64,000 nucleotides of DNA, from assembly GCA_036745275.1 (NCBI GenBank), contig DAIOGK010000017.1, positions 8,456 through 72,455 of the forward strand, read 5' to 3'. The DNA comes from Beijerinckiaceae bacterium (GTDB lineage Bacteria > Pseudomonadota > Alphaproteobacteria > Rhizobiales > Beijerinckiaceae). Below the pieces are notes generated by a model. It was not told the DNA's origin, did not search any database, and worked only from the letters and a program-made list of their open reading frames with translations. This document shows positions 34,602 to 45,201 of the stretch, one piece after another (within the stretch, counting starts at the first letter, position 1; every line of letters begins with the position of its first letter). Made by a program: the position numbers and the translations under genes.

Positions 34602-36455
34602 TCATGCCTGCATCTTGACATAGGTGCCCGGCGCATCGCCGAGCGTCGCGCGCCCGCCGCCGGGCGCACGCGCGGGCACCTTCTTGTCGCCCTTGGTGAT
34701 CCAGGCGATCCAGTCAGTCCACCACGTACCGGGATGTTCTTCGGCCTTGGCAACCCAGGCGTCGAAGTCGCCCACGGCATCCCCGCCAACCCAGTACTGG
34801 TACTTCGGCTTGGTGGCCGGATTGACGACGCCAGCGATGTGGCCTGAACCCGCCAGCACATAGCGGACAGGGCCGCCGAAAAACTGCGAGCCGTGGAATA
34901 CAGACTTTGCCGGTGCGATATGATCCTCGCGCGCGGCGAGATTATAGATCGGCGTCTTGACCTTCTTGAGGTTGAGCGTCACGCCATCGACGACCATCTT
35001 GCCCTTGGCGAGATTGTTTTCGAGGTAGCAGTTGCGCAGATAGAAGCTGTGGTTCGCTTCGGGCATCCGGGTGGAATCGGAGTTCCAGTAGAGAAGATCG
35101 AACGGCGTCGGGGCTTTGCCCTTCAGGTAGTTGTTGACGTAATAGCCCCAGATGAGGTCGTTCGGCCGCAACATGTTGAAGGCATTCGCCATGCGCGAGC
35201 CGGCGAGATATCCCTTCTCCTTCATCTGCTCTTCCACATCGGCAATCTGCTCTTCATCGACGAAGGCGAGTAGGTCGCCCGCGTAGGTGAAGTCGACCTG
35301 TGTCGTGAACAGCGTTGCGGATTTCACGCGCTTGCCCTGGCCGAGGGCCCAGAGATAGGCGAGTGTGACCGAAACCATGGTGCCGCCAACGCAATAGCCC
35401 ACGGTGTGCGCGCTTTTTTCGCCGGTGATCTTCTCGATCTCCTCAAGCGCAGCAATCGGTCCCTGCTTCATGTATTCGGCAAAGCCACAGGCCTTGTGGC
35501 GCTCGTCCGGGTTCACCCAGGAGATGGTGAAAACGGTCAGCCCCTGTTCCACGCACCAGCGAATGAAAGACTTCTCGGGGTTGAGATCGAGCACGTAGAA
35601 CTTGTTGATCCACGGCGGCACGATGAGCAGCGGCACCTTGTACACGCTCTCTGTGGTGGGCGTGTACTGGATCAGTTCCATCAGGTCGTTGCGATACACC
35701 ACCTTGCCGGGGGTGTTGGCGATGTTCCTGCCTACCTCGAAGGGCGAATCGTCCGTCTGCCGGATGCGCAGGTTGCCACGTCCCCGCTCGATATCCTCGG
35801 CCATCATCTTCATGCCGCGCACGAGGTTGGCACCCTTTTCCTCAATCGTCGTGCGGAGGAGTTCGGGGTTGGTGAGGATGTAGTTCGAGGGCGAGAACAG
35901 GCCCTGAAGCTGCCGGGTATAGAAGGCGGCCTTGCGCTTGGTCTGCTCGTCGAGCCCCTCTGCGTTCTCAACGAGCTTGTTCAGCCAGTTGGTGCCAACA
36001 AAATAGGCCTGCTTCAGCGTGTTGAAATAGGGGTTGTTCTCCCAGTCCGCATCAGCAAAACGGGAATCGCGCGCGGGCATGGCCGTGACCGGGCGCGGCT
36101 TCTCTCCCTGCATCATCCGGAGTGTCTCGCCCCAGAGCGCCATCACATCGTCGGAGATGTTCTTCTGCACCTCGACCGCCTTCTGCGGGTCGGCGAGCCA
36201 GCGTTCAGCCACGGCGGAGAAGGTCTTGATCAGGTCGGCGACCTCGTTGGAGCTTTTGGCCGGCTTGGTCTCGCCGTCCTCGATGCCCTTGATGACGTTG
36301 GCGGTGGCGCGCGTCATTTCCGCCATGATCTGGGCGGAATTTTCAGCAAACTCCTGCACCTGGGCCTGGGCGGCGGCAAACGCCTCTGTCTCCGGCGGAG
36401 AGCCGGAAGCGCCGGTCGGCCCGGTGCCTGTCTTGCCTGGTTCGGATTTACCCAT
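34602..36455 (-). CDS. phaC: Class I poly(3-hydroxyalkanoate) synthase
   Basis: …PLLIVPPWINKFYVLDL…lipase box GYCVGGT…ARAPGGG. Start trimmed to MGKSEPG (ATG 36455, GGGAGG SD). Confidence 0.92.
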   Translation of the reverse strand: MGKSEPGKTGTGPTGASGSPPETEAFAAAQAQVQEFAENSAQIMAEMTRATANVIKGIEDGETKPAKSSNEVADLIKTFSAVAERWLADPQKAVEVQKNISDDVMALWGETLRMMQGEKPRPVTAMPARDSRFADADWENNPYFNTLKQAYFVGTNWLNKLVENAEGLDEQTKRKAAFYTRQLQGLFSPSNYILTNPELLRTTIEEKGANLVRGMKMMAEDIERGRGNLRIRQTDDSPFEVGRNIANTPGKVVYRNDLMELIQYTPTTESVYKVPLLIVPPWINKFYVLDLNPEKSFIRWCVEQGLTVFTISWVNPDERHKACGFAEYMKQGPIAALEEIEKITGEKSAHTVGYCVGGTMVSVTLAYLWALGQGKRVKSATLFTTQVDFTYAGDLLAFVDEEQIADVEEQMKEKGYLAGSRMANAFNMLRPNDLIWGYYVNNYLKGKAPTPFDLLYWNSDSTRMPEANHSFYLRNCYLENNLAKGKMVVDGVTLNLKKVKTPIYNLAAREDHIAPAKSVFHGSQFFGGPVRYVLAGSGHIAGVVNPATKPKYQYWVGGDAVGDFDAWVAKAEEHPGTWWTDWIAWITKGDKKVPARAPGGGRATLGDAPGTYVKMQA

Positions 36456-36528
36456 GGTTGCCTCCCTGAAGCATAATATCTGCCTGTCTTCCGCGCGCGT
36501 GACAGGGCGTGTATAGGTTTCCGCTAAC

Positions 36529-37077
36529 ATGGCGATTTTCAGTTTCATACGCAACGTGCTTGCCTGTGCGACATTGGCAGGATGCCTGCCCGTCCTCGGC
36601 GGCTGCGCGCTCTCCCCGTTCGACGAGGACAGCATGCTGCGCAATGCCGGCACGGTCATCGGAACCACCGGCAAGCTGTCCGAGCCGAAGCCCTTCGTGA
36701 AAGACAGCCGCACGGGTTCAACGGAATACCCGGCTGTGGGCGTGACCCCGGCGGAGCCGGCGATTCGCGCGCGTCAGGGCGCGGGCGTTCAGGCGCTGGA
36801 GAACGAACTCAATGCGTTGCGTGCCCGCAACGACCAAGCGGTCGCGGCCCAGCGTCCACCGTCTCCTTTTGACGGCAAGGTCGAGCCCGGCTTCAAGCCA
36901 CCGCCGCCCAAGCCCCTTCCAGCCTACACCGGACCTAAAATCGATGTTCCGGTGGCAAAGGACGCGACAGCGGACACCCCGACGACGGCAAAGGCGCTCA
37001 CGGCGAAGAAAAAGTCTACACTTCGGAAACCAAACGAAAAGAAGTCTGGCGCAGGATCAGGACAGCCGGAAACCTGA
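36529..37077 (+). CDS. Hypothetical lipoprotein, Pro/Lys-rich C-terminus
   Basis: Lipobox …LPVLGGC. Low-complexity C-terminal half. No assignable family. Confidence 0.6.
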   Translation: MAIFSFIRNVLACATLAGCLPVLGGCALSPFDEDSMLRNAGTVIGTTGKLSEPKPFVKDSRTGSTEYPAVGVTPAEPAIRARQGAGVQALENELNALRARNDQAVAAQRPPSPFDGKVEPGFKPPPPKPLPAYTGPKIDVPVAKDATADTPTTAKALTAKKKSTLRKPNEKKSGAGSGQPET

Positions 37078-37257
37078 TGAACAACGGGTTTCCAGCCGGT
37101 TCAGGCGGGTTCCCCATCTTGTGTGTGGAAAATTCCGGCAAATTCGCTTATTGAGCGAAGCCTCTGGATCGGCCTCGACTGTTTTGGGGGAGTACGATCC
37201 GTGATCAATCTTGTCCGGCCGGAGTTCGGCCAGCGTCAACCCGAGAGTTTTTTCGAC

Positions 37258-38472
37258 ATGCAGGACTTTCACCGCGTCCGTCGTTTGCCGCCCTACGTCT
37301 TCGAGCAGGTCAACAAGATCAAGGCTCAGGCGCGAGCGAACGGCGCGGATATCATTGATCTCGGCATGGGCAATCCCGATCTCGCGGTCCCCAAGCATGT
37401 CATTGAAAAGATGATGGAAACCGTGGGCAAGCCGCGCACGGACCGGTACTCCGCCTCCAAGGGCATCCCCGGCTTGCGTCGCGCCCAGGCGAACTACTAT
37501 GAGCGCCGCTTCGGCGTGAAGCTGAATCCGGATACGCAGGTCATCGCCACCCTCGGCTCCAAGGAAGGCTTCGCCAACATGGCGCAGGCCATCACCGGCC
37601 CGGGCGATGTCGTGCTGGTGCCGAACCCGTCCTATCCCATCCACGCCTTCGGCTTCCTGATGGCCGGCGGCGTGATCCGTTCGGTGCCGGCGACCCCGGG
37701 CGAAGAGTATTTCCGTGCGCTCGAACGGGCCGTGATCCACTCGATCCCCAAGCCGATCGCTGTTGTCACCTGCTTCCCGTCGAACCCCACGGCGGAGGTG
37801 GCAGATCTCGATTTCTATCGCGAGCTGGTAGCTTTCGCCAAAAAGCACGAGTTGATCGTTCTCTCCGATCTCGCTTATGCCGAACTTTACTTCGACGACA
37901 ACCCGCCGCCCTCGATCCTTCAGGTGCCGGGCGCCTTTGATATTGCGGTCGAGTTCACCTCGATGTCGAAGACCTTCTCCATGGCCGGCTGGCGCATGGG
38001 CTTTGCCGTGGGCAACGAGAAGCTCTGCGCCGCGCTCGCCCGCGTGAAATCCTATCTTGATTACGGCGCCTACACGCCGATCCAGGTGGCCGCGACCGCC
38101 GCGCTCAATGGGCCGGAAGACTGCATCAACGAGATGCGCGCGACCTACAGGAAGCGTCGCGATGCGCTGGTCGAGAGCTTCAGCAAGGCCGGTTGGGATT
38201 TCCCCGCGCCGAAGGCGTCGATGTTCGCCTGGGTGCCGATTCCGGAAAAATTCCGCGCCATGGGCAGCCTCGAATTCTCGAAGATGTTGGTGGAAAAAGC
38301 GGAAGTCGCCGTCGCGCCGGGCATCGGCTTTGGCGAACATGGCGATGATTATGTGCGCCTGGCGATCGTCGAGAACGAGAACCGCATCCGTCAGGCGGCG
38401 CGTAATGTCGGCAAGTTCCTCAAATCCGCCGATACGACGCTGCATAACGTCGTCACGCTCAAGACCGGTTGA
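37258..38472 (+). CDS. Class I/II PLP aminotransferase (AlaC/LL-DAP-aminotransferase-like)
   Basis: MQDFHRVRRLPPYVFEQVNKIKAQARANGADIIDLGMGNPD…SMSKTFSMAGWRMG (PLP lysine). Start trimmed to ATG 37258. Confidence 0.85.
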   Translation: MQDFHRVRRLPPYVFEQVNKIKAQARANGADIIDLGMGNPDLAVPKHVIEKMMETVGKPRTDRYSASKGIPGLRRAQANYYERRFGVKLNPDTQVIATLGSKEGFANMAQAITGPGDVVLVPNPSYPIHAFGFLMAGGVIRSVPATPGEEYFRALERAVIHSIPKPIAVVTCFPSNPTAEVADLDFYRELVAFAKKHELIVLSDLAYAELYFDDNPPPSILQVPGAFDIAVEFTSMSKTFSMAGWRMGFAVGNEKLCAALARVKSYLDYGAYTPIQVAATAALNGPEDCINEMRATYRKRRDALVESFSKAGWDFPAPKASMFAWVPIPEKFRAMGSLEFSKMLVEKAEVAVAPGIGFGEHGDDYVRLAIVENENRIRQAARNVGKFLKSADTTLHNVVTLKTG

Positions 38473-38490
38473 GTTTGTTGCAGGCGCTGT

Positions 38491-38522
38491 CAGTCCGGGG
38501 GCGCCGCTGCGCCCCGGACTGA
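38491..38522 (+). other. GC-rich stem-loop between the aminotransferase gene and hom (no U-tract)
   Basis: CAGTCCGGGGGCGC-cgct-GCGCCCCGGACTG, about 13 bp with one bulge. Function unknown; possibly an mRNA stabiliser or processing site. Confidence 0.4.
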
Positions 38523-38601
38523 GGTGCCTCCTGCCATTGCCCCTTGCGACCATCTCCGCTAAGCCACCGTCCAGACTTTGCTGCAACGCAGGACGAGTGA
38601 A

Positions 38602-39900
38602 ATGGCAAACGCATTACGGGTTGGAATCGCCGGGCTGGGAACGGTCGGCATCGGCGCGCTGAAAATCCTCAACCAGCGTGCCAACGAACTCACCCTGTCT
38701 GCCGGCCGTCCGATCCGCGTCACCGCGGTCGCCTCGCGCGACCGGACGCGCGACCGCGGGATCGACGTTTCTCAATACCTGTGGTTTGAAAATCCGGTCG
38801 AAATGGCCGGCTCGCCCGAGATCGACATCTTCGTCGAGACCATCGGCGGGGCGGAGGGCCCGGCCCATGATGCGGTCAAGGCCGCGCTGAAGGCCGGCAA
38901 GCCGGTCGTGACCGCCAACAAGGCGCTGCTGGCCAAACATGGCGCGGAACTTGCGCGCCTTGCCGAGACGAACGGCGTCGCCATCGCCTTCGAACCGGCG
39001 GCGGCGGGCGGCATTCCGGTCATCAAGGCGCTGAAGGAAAGCCTCGTCGGCAATCGCATCACCCGCGTTTCCGGCATCATGAACGGCACTTGCAACTACA
39101 TCCTCAGCCGCATGGAGGCCGAGGGGCTGAGCTTTGCCGAATGCCTCAAGGATGCGCAGCGTCTGGGCTATGCCGAGGCGGACCCGACCTTCGATGTCGA
39201 AGGCTTCGATACCGCGCACAAGCTGGCGCTGCTGACCTCGCTCGCCTTCGGCACCGAGGTTGATTCCGATTCGATTTATGTCGAGGGCATTTCCGGGGTC
39301 ACTCCGCTCGATCTGAAGATGGCCGATGAACTCGGTTTCCGTATCAAGCTGCTGGGCGTTGCCGAGCGCACTTCGCAGGGCATCGAGCAGCGCGTTCACC
39401 CCACCATGGTGCCCAAAACCTCGCAGCTCGCGCAGGTGATGGGTGTGCTGAACGCCGTCTCCATTCAGGCAGATCCGGTCGGTGAACTTACCTTCGTCGG
39501 GCCCGGCGCCGGGGCAGGGGCCACCGGCAGCGCGGTCGTGGGCGACATCCTCGATATTGCGCGCGGCGCCAACGTCGCCACCTTCGGGCGCTCTGCCGGC
39601 GCGCTCGAAAAGCCGGTGCGCGCGCCGATCCGCCAGCATGAGGGCGGCTATTACATCCGCATGGACGTGAAGGATGTGCCAGGCGCTGCCGCCCGGATTG
39701 CGACGCGCATGGCCGAACGCGGCATCAGCCTCGAAAGCATCCTGCAAAAGGGCAGCCGCGACCGGTCCACGGGGGGCACGGTGCCGGTGGTGCTGATCAC
39801 CTATGCCACCAGCGAGGCCAAGCTTCGCGAGGCACTGAGCGACATCGCCGGCGACGGTGTTCTGGAAGGCGATCCGCAGGCCATCCGCATCGAGCGGTAA
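38602..39900 (+). CDS. hom: Homoserine dehydrogenase
   Basis: MANALRVGIAGLGTVG…GIMNGTCNYILS…C-terminal ACT domain. Confidence 0.92.
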   Translation: MANALRVGIAGLGTVGIGALKILNQRANELTLSAGRPIRVTAVASRDRTRDRGIDVSQYLWFENPVEMAGSPEIDIFVETIGGAEGPAHDAVKAALKAGKPVVTANKALLAKHGAELARLAETNGVAIAFEPAAAGGIPVIKALKESLVGNRITRVSGIMNGTCNYILSRMEAEGLSFAECLKDAQRLGYAEADPTFDVEGFDTAHKLALLTSLAFGTEVDSDSIYVEGISGVTPLDLKMADELGFRIKLLGVAERTSQGIEQRVHPTMVPKTSQLAQVMGVLNAVSIQADPVGELTFVGPGAGAGATGSAVVGDILDIARGANVATFGRSAGALEKPVRAPIRQHEGGYYIRMDVKDVPGAAARIATRMAERGISLESILQKGSRDRSTGGTVPVVLITYATSEAKLREALSDIAGDGVLEGDPQAIRIER

Positions 39901-40013
39901 AGCGCCGAAATCAAAAACTGTACTTGGCTTTGCCGTAAACTGTTCTAGGTTTTTCTTCCGGATCTGTGATGGGCGCAGGGACTGCCTCGCGTACGGTCCG
40001 GAGGGGGGGCGGC

Positions 40014-40676
40014 ATGGCCAAAAACGTGAAGACCTTTGCTGTCATCGGCCTGGGCGCCTTCGGCAGCACGGTGGCGAGTGAGCTGTTTCGCGCAGGGCAC
40101 AAGGTCATGGGCGTCGATACGGACGAGCGCCGCGTCTCGCAGATGGCCTCGAACCTCACGTCATCCTTCATCTTCGACACAACCGACGAGGCGGCCATGC
40201 GTGAGGCCGGGCTCGATTGCTGCGATGTGGCGCTGGTCGCTATCGGCAGCGATATTCAGGCCAGCATCCTGACGACCATGAATCTGAAAATGCTGGGCAT
40301 CGACACGATCTGGGTAAAGGCGTCCAACAAGACGCACCACCGCATTCTGCTGAAGCTCGGGGCGGACCGCATCATAGAGCCGGAGCAGGAAATGGGCCGG
40401 CATATCGCGCAGATGCTCAACAATCCGATGGTCAAGGATTACGTCAGCCTCGGCAACGGCTACAGCGTGGTCACGATCGTCGTGCCGGAACGGCTGGACG
40501 GCAAGGATATGAAGGCGATGGTAGGGGACGAAGACTTCAACTTGCGACCGCTCGGCCTCATGCGTGGCGGCGAGTTCGTGTCGTGCGAAGGCGCCCCGGT
40601 CACATTCCGCAAGGATGATCGGCTGCTGCTGCTGGGCCGGAGTCAGGATCTGCGCCGATTCGGTGAATCGACCTAA
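40014..40676 (+). CDS. TrkA/KtrA-type K+ transport regulatory subunit (RCK N + C domains)
   Basis: FAVIGLGAFGSTVASEL Rossmann motif and a TrkA-C-like C-terminus. GGAGGGGG SD. Confidence 0.8.
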   Translation: MAKNVKTFAVIGLGAFGSTVASELFRAGHKVMGVDTDERRVSQMASNLTSSFIFDTTDEAAMREAGLDCCDVALVAIGSDIQASILTTMNLKMLGIDTIWVKASNKTHHRILLKLGADRIIEPEQEMGRHIAQMLNNPMVKDYVSLGNGYSVVTIVVPERLDGKDMKAMVGDEDFNLRPLGLMRGGEFVSCEGAPVTFRKDDRLLLLGRSQDLRRFGEST

Positions 40677-40681
40677 GCGTC

Positions 40682-42037
40682 GTGGGCCTTGCGATGTTGG
40701 ACCTCCTCCAGAATTTTGCCCGGAAAGCTGCGCGTATTCCGCCGCCGCTGATGCTGGCAGCGCTTTATGCAGCGCTCATTCTGGTCGGCGCGGTTGCACT
40801 CAAATTGCCCGTCGCCCATGTCAGGCCGCTCTCCTGGTCGGAAGTGCTGTTCACCTCCACCTCGGCCGTAACCGTGACAGGGCTGTCGGTCATTGATGTC
40901 GGTCAGCATTTGACGCTGTTCGGCCAGGTGGTGATTGCAGTGCTGATGCAGCTTGGCGGCATTGGCCTCATGACTTTCGCGGCGCTGGTGCTCGGCGCGC
41001 TCGGCATGTCGGTGGGCCTGACCGGGCAGATCTATCTCCGCAACGATCTCAACCACAATTCGATGAACCAGTTGCTCAGGCTGGTGCGGCTGATCGTGAA
41101 GATCGTGCTCATCTGCGAGGTGGCCGGAGCCGTGCTGCTCACCTTCGCATTTGTTCCGCGCTCCGGCCTCGGGCAGGGCCTTTGGGAAGCGGTGTTCCAT
41201 TCGATTTCAGCCTTCAACAACGCCGGCTTTTCGACCTTTTCCGAAGGGCTCGCTCCCTTCGCCACCGACCCCGTCATAAACATCGTCATTCCCGCGCTCT
41301 TTATCGTGGGAGGCATCGGCTATGTCGTGCTGCACGATCTGCACCAGCGGGATGTCTGGCACGGCTGGACGCTGAACACCAAGGTGATGCTGACTGGAAC
41401 CGCTGCGCTGATCGTCTGGTCCGTGTCGATGTTCGCCTTTCTGGAATGGGACAACCCCGGTACGCTGGGCGCGCTGGACAGTCGCATCGACCGGCTGATT
41501 GTCAGCTGGTTCCAGGGCGTGACGCCACGCACTGCGGGCTTCAACACCACCAACATTTCGGCAATGCACGACAGCACCTCGATGATGTTCATCTCGTTGA
41601 TGCTGATCGGCGGAGGCCCGTCGTCCACGGCCGGCGGTATCAAGGTAACGACCTTCGCGGTGATGCTTGTTGCCACGGTGGCCTTTTTCCGCCGTCAGTC
41701 GCAGTTCAACCTCTTCGGTCGCGCCGTCGCCATGGAGGAGGTGCTGAAAGTCATGGCGCTGACCGTGCTCAGCCTCATGATCGTGTTTGTCAGTGTTTTT
41801 CTGCTTGCCGCCTCTAATGAAGGCCATTTTCTCGATATCACCTTCGAGGTTGCGAGCGCATTCGGCACGGTGGGTCTGTCACGCGGCTATACGACCTCGC
41901 TGAACGAATTCGGGCGCGTGGTCATCATGGTCGTGATGTTCATCGGACGTGTCGGCCCATTGACGCTGGGCTTCGTGCTCGCCACCCAGACAGTGCCGCG
42001 TGTGCGCTATCCGGTCGGAAAGATCCACCTGGGATAG
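40682..42037 (+). CDS. TrkH/KtrB-family K+ transporter membrane subunit
   Basis: 451-aa polytopic protein with pore-loop glycine motifs (TVTGLS, NNAGFS, RTAGFN, GTVGLS). Confidence 0.85.
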   Translation: MGLAMLDLLQNFARKAARIPPPLMLAALYAALILVGAVALKLPVAHVRPLSWSEVLFTSTSAVTVTGLSVIDVGQHLTLFGQVVIAVLMQLGGIGLMTFAALVLGALGMSVGLTGQIYLRNDLNHNSMNQLLRLVRLIVKIVLICEVAGAVLLTFAFVPRSGLGQGLWEAVFHSISAFNNAGFSTFSEGLAPFATDPVINIVIPALFIVGGIGYVVLHDLHQRDVWHGWTLNTKVMLTGTAALIVWSVSMFAFLEWDNPGTLGALDSRIDRLIVSWFQGVTPRTAGFNTTNISAMHDSTSMMFISLMLIGGGPSSTAGGIKVTTFAVMLVATVAFFRRQSQFNLFGRAVAMEEVLKVMALTVLSLMIVFVSVFLLAASNEGHFLDITFEVASAFGTVGLSRGYTTSLNEFGRVVIMVVMFIGRVGPLTLGFVLATQTVPRVRYPVGKIHLG

Positions 42038-42047
42038 AACTGTCAGC

Positions 42048-43193
42048 CTAGACCGGAATCCGCGCCAGCTTGTTCTCGGTGAGCACCGCCGGCAGGCCAA
42101 TCCTGCCATGACGGACCTGCTTGCGCAGGCTGTCCAGTCCCGGCTCGACAAGGCGGAACATCACCACCGAAAGGGCAAGCGCGGCGGCAAGCGTCAGCGC
42201 GAACCCGGTCCATCCCAGTTGCGGCCAGAAGGCGCCAACCACGAACATGATGCCGAAGTGATTGAGATAAAGCGGGTATGACAGGTCGCCCAGCGCCTGA
42301 TCCTGCGGCCGTGCGCGCGTCAGGCGGATATGGGCCAACGCGGGAATCATGATCAGCAGAACCGCCAGAATGGCCACCCGTGCCGGCATATTGAAGGGGC
42401 CGAAGGCCGCGCGGGCCACGTCATTGAGTTGATCCCCGATGTCTGCGAACGCGATGAGCGAAAAGGCCCATGACAGGACGCTCACACCAAAGCCGAAAAG
42501 GCTGCCGCGAAGCGCATAGTAAACCGCAACGCCGAACACGAAGAACGGAATGAGACGCACCGTTTCGGGCCCGGCACCGGTCAGCGCCATGACATAGTAG
42601 AACGCAAGCGCGGCAGCGCCCGCAAGACCAAGGGCCCGATGGTAGAAGGAGGCAGGCGCGAACATAACCACCGCCATCACGAGGTAGAACATCAACTCCG
42701 TGCGGATCGACCAGACGATGGTAATCAGCGGGTGGGTCATGTCCGGTCCGAGTTTCGTGGCGCCGGGAATGGCCTGAATGTAATTGGCCGCGATGTTCTT
42801 CAGCGTCAGAACGTCCATGGTCACAAGTTCGGGCTTGTGCATCTCGAAATGTCGGAACGGCCCGCCAAGCAGCAGAAGGGCGACAATCAGCAGGGTCACT
42901 GTTGTTGCGGCCAGCAGCGGCGGAAAGATGCGAATGGAGCGATTGAGAAGGAAGGCGCCGGCCCGGCCACGATAATGAACTTCGATCGCCTCGGCGATCA
43001 CGAAGCCGGATACTGCGAAAAAGACCAGAACGGCGATGGACCCCAGCCCCAATGGCACGATGGCCTGCTGAAAGGCGAGTGGAGCAAAGTTTGTATAGTG
43101 CTGCGCAACGACCAGAATGGCCAAAACAAATCGGAAGGTTCCAAGCGGGCGATAAACAAGAGTTGAGGCAGAATTCGGAGAAGTATGGCCCAT
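42048..43193 (-). CDS. Acyltransferase family 3 (membrane O-acyltransferase)
   Basis: …LGTFRFVLAILVVAQHY…FFAVSGFVI… and about 10 TM segments. Start at MGHTS (43193). Confidence 0.8.
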   Translation of the reverse strand: MGHTSPNSASTLVYRPLGTFRFVLAILVVAQHYTNFAPLAFQQAIVPLGLGSIAVLVFFAVSGFVIAEAIEVHYRGRAGAFLLNRSIRIFPPLLAATTVTLLIVALLLLGGPFRHFEMHKPELVTMDVLTLKNIAANYIQAIPGATKLGPDMTHPLITIVWSIRTELMFYLVMAVVMFAPASFYHRALGLAGAAALAFYYVMALTGAGPETVRLIPFFVFGVAVYYALRGSLFGFGVSVLSWAFSLIAFADIGDQLNDVARAAFGPFNMPARVAILAVLLIMIPALAHIRLTRARPQDQALGDLSYPLYLNHFGIMFVVGAFWPQLGWTGFALTLAAALALSVVMFRLVEPGLDSLRKQVRHGRIGLPAVLTENKLARIPV

Positions 43194-43291
43194 GGCGACA
43201 CCGATAGCTGAATAGAAGGTCAGTGTACGCGCTAAGCGTTGTGCCTCAAAACAACACACGAGTTCATGGTGAGCATTAAGGATTTATTTTA

Positions 43292-43981
43292 TTATTTAAC
43301 GCTTGGCGCCGCCTGTGCAAAGAACGCGCCCGCCACATCGCCGCCCCCCTGGCAGAACGGCGCGCGCCCGCCCTTGCCATGCGGCGGCAAGGCATCAACA
43401 AGCAAGGCATCGCCCGAGCGGCGCAGCGCGAGGGTCCACCCTTCGTTCGGCCCGCCATGGGCGAGCGCCGCGCTTTTGGCACCGACGATGATCAGCGGCC
43501 CCGCTGGCATTGCCGCGTCGTCGAACTCGCAAAACCAGGTGCCGACGGAGAGTTCCGCCACGGAAACGCGGACATTGTAGGTTCCGGCCGCCTTTGCCGC
43601 CACTTCCACCGTTCCTGTGGCATTGGCCCAGTGGCCGACCCATTTGTCCTTCGGTTTCACGACGGCATTGAGAAAATCGCGGCGCAGGGCCATTTGCGCT
43701 CCGACATCGAAGGCAACACCAGCCTCCTTGCCCCGGCGGACCGTCAGAAACGCTGCATGGTCGTCCTGCAACCGGCTGCGGGTCATCTTGTCGAGCCGGG
43801 CAGTCGCCCCGGAAAAGGCCTGTGAGACCTGAACTTCCAGCGCGGCAAGCTCTGCCGCCCGGCACTGGCGAGGCGAAAGGCTGTCGGGGCACACCTCTTC
43901 GGAGCGCACAACCGTCGGAAGCGAGGTCAATGCAGGGAGAGTCACCGCCACTGCGGCGAACGCATACAAGCGACGCTTCAT
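43292..43981 (-). CDS. Secreted hypothetical protein with DUF1311/LprI-like N-terminal region
   Basis: Signal peptide MKRRLYAFAAVAVTLPALTSLP, then C…C…LAALEVQVSQAF…LQDDHAAFLTVR. Confidence 0.55.
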   Translation of the reverse strand: MKRRLYAFAAVAVTLPALTSLPTVVRSEEVCPDSLSPRQCRAAELAALEVQVSQAFSGATARLDKMTRSRLQDDHAAFLTVRRGKEAGVAFDVGAQMALRRDFLNAVVKPKDKWVGHWANATGTVEVAAKAAGTYNVRVSVAELSVGTWFCEFDDAAMPAGPLIIVGAKSAALAHGGPNEGWTLALRRSGDALLVDALPPHGKGGRAPFCQGGGDVAGAFFAQAAPSVK

Positions 43982-44208
43982 CAGGTGCACCATGTCTAAC
44001 CTGCGCACTATGCGTCAAATGCTGAAAGAGAGTGTAAAGGCTGCAAGAAGCACTTGAATATGGCGCAATGCTTCAAGGCAATGCTTCCGGCCAAATTGAT
44101 GGTTTCTCAACCCAAACTGCGCAGGACTGCGGCAGTCACCTAGCAAATTTGCGAGAATCCATATAACCCGAGGGGCGAAATTTCCCTCAGACCAGCAAGG
44201 CCCTCGCC

Positions 44209-45201
44209 ATGACAGAACTCATCGTCACCGAAGACAAGATCATCGAACGCGTGCTGGCCATGGAACTGATCCGAGTGACGGAACGCGCTGCGGTCGCTTC
44301 GGCCAAGCTGCGCGGTCGCGGTGACGAGAAGGCGGCGGATCAGGCGGCGGTGGACGCCATGCGCCGCGAACTCAACCGCCTGCCGATCGATGGCGAGGTG
44401 GTGATCGGCGAAGGCGAGCGCGACGAAGCGCCGATGCTCTTCATCGGCGAAAAGCTGGGCACCAAGAAGGGCCCGAAGGTCGATATCGCCGTCGATCCCC
44501 TGGAAGGCACGACACTCTGCGCCAAGGACATGCCGGGCTCCATCGCTGTGATGGCCATGGCCCAGGCCGGCACCTTGCTCTACGCGCCGGACGTTTACAT
44601 GGACAAGATCGCGATTGGCCCTGGTTATTCCAAGGGCATCATCGATCTCGATGCCACGCCGGAAGACAACATCATGGCCATCGCCAAGGCCAAGATGGTC
44701 AAGCCCGCCGAAGTGACTGCGCTGGTGATGGACCGCCCGCGCCATGCCGACCTCATCGCCAAGCTGCGCAAGATCGGCTGCTCGATCCGCCTCATCACGG
44801 ACGGCGACGTCGTGGGTGTCATCCAGTGCGCGGAATATCACAAGACCGGCGTGGACATTTATCTGGGCATCGGCGGTGCGCCCGAAGGCGTGCTCGCGGC
44901 GGGCGCGCTGCGCTGCGTCGGCGGCCAGATGCAGGGCCGGCTGATCCTCGATACGCCCGAGAAGGTGGCGCGCGCCGCCAAGATGGGCGTGAAAATCCCG
45001 AACAAGAAATATGACCTGTCGGAACTCGCCTCGGGCGATACGGTGGTTGCCGCCACCGGCGTCACCGATGGTGCGCTGCTTCAGGGCGTCAAGTTCCGTG
45101 GCGACATCATCGAGACGGAAACGATCATCTACCGTTCGCTGACCGGCACGGTCCGCCGCATCCACGGCGAGCATCGCGAACTGTCGAAATTCCACATCTG
45201 A
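44209..45201 (+). CDS. glpX: Class II fructose-1,6-bisphosphatase
   Basis: …LIRVTERAAVASAKLRGRGDEKAADQAAVDAMR…VVIGEGERDEAPML…DPLEGTT…. Confidence 0.92.
   Translation: MTELIVTEDKIIERVLAMELIRVTERAAVASAKLRGRGDEKAADQAAVDAMRRELNRLPIDGEVVIGEGERDEAPMLFIGEKLGTKKGPKVDIAVDPLEGTTLCAKDMPGSIAVMAMAQAGTLLYAPDVYMDKIAIGPGYSKGIIDLDATPEDNIMAIAKAKMVKPAEVTALVMDRPRHADLIAKLRKIGCSIRLITDGDVVGVIQCAEYHKTGVDIYLGIGGAPEGVLAAGALRCVGGQMQGRLILDTPEKVARAAKMGVKIPNKKYDLSELASGDTVVAATGVTDGALLQGVKFRGDIIETETIIYRSLTGTVRRIHGEHRELSKFHI

Noticed and set aside
37057-38586. 509-aa - strand ORF
   Set aside because: Antisense to the aminotransferase gene, which has a clear PLP-lysine motif. The composition is an Arg/Gly/His/Asp-rich artefact.
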